The translations under genes were made by a program, and so were the position numbers. Positions 57,482 through 64,000 of a stretch of 64,000 nt of DNA are shown here, in pieces. Below the pieces are notes generated by a model, which was not told the DNA's origin, did no database searches, and saw only the letters and a list, made by a program, of their open reading frames with translations. This stretch comes from the human T2T-CHM13v2.0 reference genome, Homo sapiens, in the NCBI RefSeq assembly GCF_009914755.1, contig NC_060940.1; one strand, given 5' to 3'. Every line of letters begins with the position of its first letter. Position 1 is the first letter of the stretch.

Positions 57482-58081
57482 CTAAATAGCTGTAGCCAGG
57501 GAAACAGAGGGGCCTTCCAGGTGCAAATGAAGAACCTAGAAAGGTGAGCATGGCTCAGAGATAGTTTGCTTAGAATAGGAATGGAGGGGCTGCAGTCATT
57601 CAGGTGACTGACAAATGATCAGAGCTCTTTTAAATAAAGCAATTTACTAAAAATTACAATAGCTTGCAGTTAGAAACAACTTACTCTGCCCTGGGCACTG
57701 TGTTAAGGGCTGTGTATCAACAATCTAGCTTAATCTTCCCAATAGTCCTTCCATCCTTCCATGTTGTCACACAGTAGCTTCTGTTCATCTTCCAGGCACA
57801 GTGCTAGGTGCTGGGATGCTAAGATGAGCAAAAGAAAACAGCGTTTCTGCCTTGAGTAGCTTGCAGTCTAGTGGTGCAAACTTGAAATGAAATGACCACA
57901 CATACCATGTCGACAGGTGCCAGGAAAGGCGAGGGCCACAGAGATAGCAGAGATTATAATGGTGGAGTGGGGGTTGACCCCATCAGGAGGTCCGAGTTGT
58001 GACTGTTAGCTGAGAGCCGAAGGATGGAGTTCCGTGTTAGAAGAGAGGAGGGAGAGGCTTCCTTAGAAAAGGAAACAGCCA

Positions 58082-58351
58082 GCGAGGCTCAGTGGCCCAT
58101 GCCTGTCATTCCAGCACTTTGGAGGCTGAGGTGGGGAGGATCGCTTGAGGCCAGGAGTTTGAGACCAGACTATGCAACATAGTGAGACGCCATCTCTATG
58201 AAAAAAATTTAAAAAATTAACCAGACATGATGGTGGGCTCCTGTAGTCCCAGCTACTCGGGAGGCTGCAGTGAGCTATGATGACACCACTACACTCCAGC
58301 CTGGGTGACAAAGCAAGACCCTGTCTTAAAAATAATAAAGAGAAAAAAAAA
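58082..58351 (+). mobile_element. AluJo with internal right-arm deletion
   Basis: ctactcgggaggctgcagtgagc joins the two ggaggctg repeats. TSD aaaaggaaa(c/t)agcca. Confidence 0.9.
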
Positions 58352-58539
58352 GGAAATAGCCACAGAACAAGAGAATGGTGAGTATGAAGGAGTAAAACCC
58401 TGTGAAATAGGAAGTAGTGTTTCCCTGGCTTATAAACAGGAAAACTGAGGCTAACAGAGATGAAGGTGAAGGTCAATGGCATCTCCGGGACTTGAACTTC
58501 AATCTGGGAGACTTTGTGCGTCTATGAGGGCTGCCATAG

Positions 58540-58594
58540 CCCTAACCCTAACCCTAACCCTAACCCTAACTCTAACCCTAACCCTAACCCTAAC
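58540..58594 (-). repeat. Interstitial telomeric sequence (TTAGGG)9
   Basis: Nine CCCTAA units on the + strand, one of them the variant CTCTAA. Confidence 0.97.
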
Positions 58595-58861
58595 ACTTTG
58601 TTTAGGGCTCAACAACACTGTTAAAGCCACTGGGTGCCTTAAAAAACAGAAATTAATTTTCTCACAGTTCCAGAGGATGGAAGCTCAAGATCAAAGTCTC
58701 AGAGAGGTTGGTTTCTTTGGAGGCCTCTTTCCTTGGCTTGCAGATGATGCCTTCTCACAGTGTCCTCACCTGGTCATCCATTGGTCTGTATTTTCTGTCT
58801 AATCCCTTTTGTTATAAGAACACCTGTCTGTTGGATTAGGACCCACCCTAATGACTCCATG

Positions 58862-59157
<296 letters not shown>

Positions 59158-59705
59158 TCTAATTACCCCATTTTAACCTTAATTACTTCTTCAAAGGTAC
59201 TGTCTCTAAATATAGTCACATTCTGAGGTACTGGGGGTTAGGACTTCAACATACAATGTTTATTTTGTGGGGAGATATAATTCAGCCCATAACAGTGACC
59301 TCTAGAAGAGACTTGGGATATTCTAAGGAAGTGGAGCAGGGCTGAAGGAAGTTAATGCTGAGGCAGAACCCAGGTAGAACAACTGCATAAGCCCCTGATA
59401 AAGGACTCAGGGCCAGGGTGTGTAGCAAATAGCAAAAGGCAAGCCAGATGGCAGAGAGAGTGATTGCAGCTTGCCAGGGTGAATGCATGCATGGAGACCG
59501 ACCTCCCCATCAGACCCCAGAGCCAAAAGGAGTCAGGTTGGAATCAGGAGCAAGCTGGGTGAGGCTCAGGTCTTGGGGACACCAGGGCCTGGTCAGGACC
59601 CACCTGGTGGATCTGCTTCAGTCGTATCTTGCCTATAATTTCCAGTGAAGTCCATCACCATGCATCATTACACAGCTGCCATCCAATTCACGGGGCTCTG
59701 GACCT

Positions 59706-59909
59706 GCCCTGCTCAATAGGACATTCTGTGAGATGGAAATGTTCTCTGTGCTGTCCAAAAGGGTGGCCACTGGTCCCAGGTGGATGCTGAGTCCTTGAAA
59801 TGTGTTTAGTGTGACTGAGAGTTGACTTTTACTTTTACTGAAGAGTTAATAAATTTACATTATTTAAAAGGTCACAGGTACCTAGCAGCTACCATCTTGG
59901 AGAGCATAG
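59706..59909. mobile_element. MER3 (hAT-Charlie)
   Basis: caataggacattctgtgagatggaaatgttct...tgtgctgtccaa...ttgaaatgtg...gtgactgag. Confidence 0.8.
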
Positions 59910-60373
59910 TCCTGGACAGTCAACCTCAGCCTAAACTGATTGGCAGGTCAGCCAGGAGAGGTTTGGCATCTCCATCAGCCAGGCACGGAGTTGACTTTGT
60001 TGGATGGAGAAAGTCATCCACATCAGCCTAACATGAAGATTGAGCTGAGAAATGGATGGGAACCAGATCTTGAGAGTCAGTTCTCCAATTTCCCCTTCTA
60101 AACAAAAGGCAGAGCATGTGCACACTCATTCATCCAACAGAGATCTCCTGAGTGCCTCATCTATGTCTCTGCTCTGACACCTCTATTGTGCCCCACGGGC
60201 ATAATAATCATGATCTGATTATAACATTAACAGAGGGGTTGCCACGTGCCAGCTACACACTCTTTCTATATGTACTAATGTAATCCTCATGGCGATCCTC
60301 TGAGGTAGATATTACCTTTCTCGTTTTACAACAGGGGAAAGTGGGTTTTGGAGAGGTTGAGTGACTTTCTCAG

Positions 60374-60710
60374 TGATATGGAATGAATGTATGTGTTCCC
60401 CCGAAATTCATAGTTTGAAGCCCTCACCCCACTCAGAGCAAAGATGATGGGAGATGTAGTCTTGGGGAGTCACTTAGGTTTAGATGAACTCATAAGAGTG
60501 GAGTCCCCATGATAGGATTAGTGTCCCTCTGAGAAGAGGAGGATCCATGAAGCCATAAGAGGATGTAACCGAGAAAGGGGGCCCTCATTGAGGAACTGAC
60601 TGTGCTGGCACCCTGATCTTCTAGCCTCCAGACCATGAGAAATAAATGTTGGTTGTTTAAGCCAACAGAGTCTATGGTATTCCGTTACAGCAGCACAGCT
60701 GACTGAGACA
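60374..60710 (+). mobile_element. MLT1A/MST-type LTR inserted in a MIR
   Basis: tgatatggaatgaatgtatgtgttcccccgaaattcata...agaaataaatgttggttgtttaagcc...gactgagaca. Confidence 0.8.
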
Positions 60711-61008
60711 CCCAGGTACTTGGGAGAGGCAGGATTTGAACGTGGGTCAGTCAGATTCCAGAGCCCATACTCATCTTCAAAGTACTTTTTTGGAATTTCT
60801 CGCTGGAGAAGGGGTGTGGGTGATGGGCATGGGCTGGGCAGTTCCTTGAAGAGCAAAGAACCAGAACATCTTGTTGACTTCTGGAGATGCTGTTACTTGC
60901 TAGACCAGCCGACAGAAGGAGGGTGCTGAGGCAAGGCTTTCAGAGGCATTGGCAAGGGATTTAACTCCAGCAAAAGCCAGGGGGAAGCTGACTGAAAATG
61001 CCAAACGT

Positions 61009-61360
<352 letters not shown>

Positions 61361-61994
61361 TCAACCAGAAGGGCCAGGTGCCCAGGCCCAGGCACAGACC
61401 CAAATCTGCTCAGCTACTAGCTTCTGAAATGCATGTTAGAGACAAGAGACAGACACCAAGGTACCCAGGAGCCAGGAAGCCAAAGAGCTGGTCTCGTCTA
61501 CCTGATTTTGATTATTTCCCACACCCTTATCCCCTCTGGCAGCTGCACTATTTCCATCTTAGAGCAGCAATCCACTCAGGTAGCAGGCTGCCTGCTAAGA
61601 AGGCTGCCACTACCCCAGGTAAGGTCATGTGAGGTCTAAGAGTTATGGCAGGAAAACTTCAGGTTTATAGGAGAAACTTGCCTTTGGGGAAGCTGTGGCA
61701 ACTTTTGATTTCAATGGCTGTTTTGTTTTCTCCTCAGCTGCATCTCCAGGATGGAAAACAGCCCAGGCAGAAGGAAATGCCACCTGATGGCTGTCTCCCA
61801 AGTCTCCCCCTAGCAGACTTCTACCAGATTATGAGAATGGGGTTTGCAAAAGTAAACACAAGCAGGGCTCTTGGGGAGTGCAGGTTAGACGTTTTCCTGC
61901 CGCGTCTAGGCAAACCCTTGAGTGTCAAATTATTCTTGCATTTACCAACGATCACCAGGCACTGTGATGGGTGCTGGGATGTAATTGTGTGCAG

Positions 61995-62720
61995 TAATAG
62001 ACACTGTCTAAGTTAAATATCTGAAGGAGGAAGAAGGGTTAGCCATGTGAAGTGTGGCTAGGGGAGAGACATGGAATATTGCAGGCAGAGGGAAGGAATA
62101 TGTGCGGGGCTCTGGAGCATGCATTCAGCTGGAAAGAAATTCATTGTGGACCCCAAAAGCAAGAGGGGCAAGAGGTGTGGCTAAAGACAATGAAGGCTTC
62201 AGATGCCACCACATATAAACAGCTTGTATTCTATGTTGAGGGCAGTGGTGAGCTGTGGAAGATTTTAAGGCAAGCAAGAGACTTGTTTAGATTTGAATAT
62301 TTAGAAAAATTTCTCTAGCTGTGGGGTTGGAGAATGGGTTAGATGGGGACAGGAAAGGTTGCCTGGAGATCAGTTAAAAACTGTTGTAGGTTGTGGCCTG
62401 CACTGAATTAGGGAGACAGAAGCAAGAATGGGGAGAAGTGGATGAATTCAAAAAATGGAGGGGTAGGTTCTAACGGAGCTGATGAAGGAGAATGCGGCAT
62501 ACCAGCTGATTCCTGGCTTAGGCAACTGGGTGGAAGGTGGTCCCAGGCAGTGATGCAGGGAGCACAGAAGGAGGAGCAGGTGTGTGCGGGAAGATGATGG
62601 ATTCTCCTTGGGACATATTGGGACATTGCAGGGAGGTGCTCACAGGCAGTCAGATGCAGAGGTCTGGAACTCAGCAGTTGATCTGGACTGGGGATGACTT
62701 GCAGAGCTGCAGGAGAAAGA
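61995..62720 (-). mobile_element. L2 fragments
   Basis: tctgaaggaggaagaagggttagccatgtgaag...gaagattttaaggcaag...ggcaactgggtggaaggtgg. Confidence 0.7.
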
Positions 62721-64000
62721 GAGGGTGAGAAAGGGCATATTTGCACCTACTCTAGGGCAGACACATTTATCAATGTCTTTTAATTTAGCATTCACAGTAC
62801 AATACCATTTTACAGATGGGGAAGCAGAGGCACAAAAAGGCTAGGGATCACATACAGCCAGGACATATCCAAGCTTAGATTTGAACCTCACCCTGTGTGT
62901 GTGTGTACATGTGTGTGTGCCTGCAACAGTGTGCACCCGCATGTGTATGTGCGTGTTTTTTCCCCAAAAGGCAATGCTATCATCACTTTTTCCTGTGCCA
63001 GCCACTGTTTGAAAATATCATAGTTGCTTTTGCCAGCTTGGCACATCTCACTGGCTTAATTCTACAGGACATCTAGCTTTGACTGCCCCTAGAATAGGGA
63101 TGGCACATTGATACCAGAGCTTGGGATCCAAATCAGTGCTAGCTTGATGGATAGGAAAATGAAGGGAGAATAATGTAACCATGAGTGGTGAATGCTAGAT
63201 TTAGAAGGTTCTTTTTTGCACCCTGCCATATGGGCCACTTGCATGGCCATGAACATAGATCTTGGTGAAATCCTTTTCTAGTGAAGATCAGAAAATAATT
63301 CAGCTCAGTGCTGTGTGTGCATGAACTTGCTGTGGTATTATTTGCAGTAAGAGTAACCTGCAAGAGGCTACCTTCTGATCCTGCTAGCCATTTCCTTTAC
63401 CTGGAAAAAAAGCTTAGACATAAAAGAAGAGAAATGGCTTAAGAAGAAATGGAGGTGAGCAGAAGAAATAAATAGCCCAGGCTGGTAGCACAGCCATGTT
63501 TTTGAGCTCTCTTGACCATTGGAGCATGGCGGAGGGAGAGTCTGTGTGAAGCATTTCAAGAAATAGCAGAGAGCAAGACCACAGCCACTGGGCTTCCAGA
63601 GGCCGCAGCCTTATTTAAAGTTATGTTTTGATCCTTAGAAGCAGACTCTTTTTTTTGAATGTGAAAAGGAAACGAATTCTGGCATGAAATTCTGTTCCAC
63701 TGAATTTATTCTCAAAGGTACTCCTGTTCAGTGGGCCAAGGTGTTATGAAAATGCGGAGATGCCGCTGGGAAGCCAATTCTAAGGGATTCAGATTGTCAA
63801 GACCCAATCGCCAGGAGCCGCTTGCCGCTTCTGCTGAATCCCCGAATGCTCCTGAATCAAGGGCCAATTCAGAATGGGTTTAGAGCTGGGATTAGGGTAC
63901 ATGGACCTGGATTCTAAATCAGATCCAAAGGCAGGAGGGGCTACCATTGCATTGGTCAGAGAGATTCAGTGGAGGCTGATTGCATCCTTCTGTGAGTAGG

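Noticed and set aside
58594-58630. Possible TERC-derived sequence next to the telomeric tract
   Set aside because: It does not match the template-flanking human TERC sequence as I recall it (CUAACCCUAACUGAGAAGG), and local flank copying explains part of it. I did not align it to the full TERC.

Overview
Primate, almost certainly human, non-coding genomic DNA (intergenic or deep intronic). A Yb-lineage Alu at 13501 points to human. I find no protein-coding exon, RNA gene, CpG island or CRISPR array, and I cannot name the locus. The supplied ORFs are explained by Alu, LTR or L1 sequence, low-complexity tracts or chance. Much of the window is a layered transposon fossil record: about 27 Alus (J, S, one Yb), L1PA/PB/MA/ME fragments, L2, CR1/L3, MIR, MaLR LTRs (THE1, MLT1), MER21- and MER68/77-like LTRs, and DNA transposons (MER44, Tigger1, MER20, MER3, MER91, MER102-like, Charlie-like). 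Subfamily names come from my recall of consensus sequences, and boundaries of old repeats are approximate. The most unusual signals are structural: (1) a nested inverted-duplication, AT-rich palindrome and tandem-duplication complex at 23.9-25.0 kb; (2) an interstitial (CCCTAA)9 tract with templated junctions at 58.5 kb; (3) an inverted L1 insertion with an orphan hairpin-rich filler at 35.5 kb; (4) several fold-back junction scars; (5) a dispersed ~255-bp duplication at 39-40 kb. There are also repeat-poor, motif-rich blocks that may be enhancers, and one strong CTCF motif. The sequence alone does not support a new gene-encoded system.
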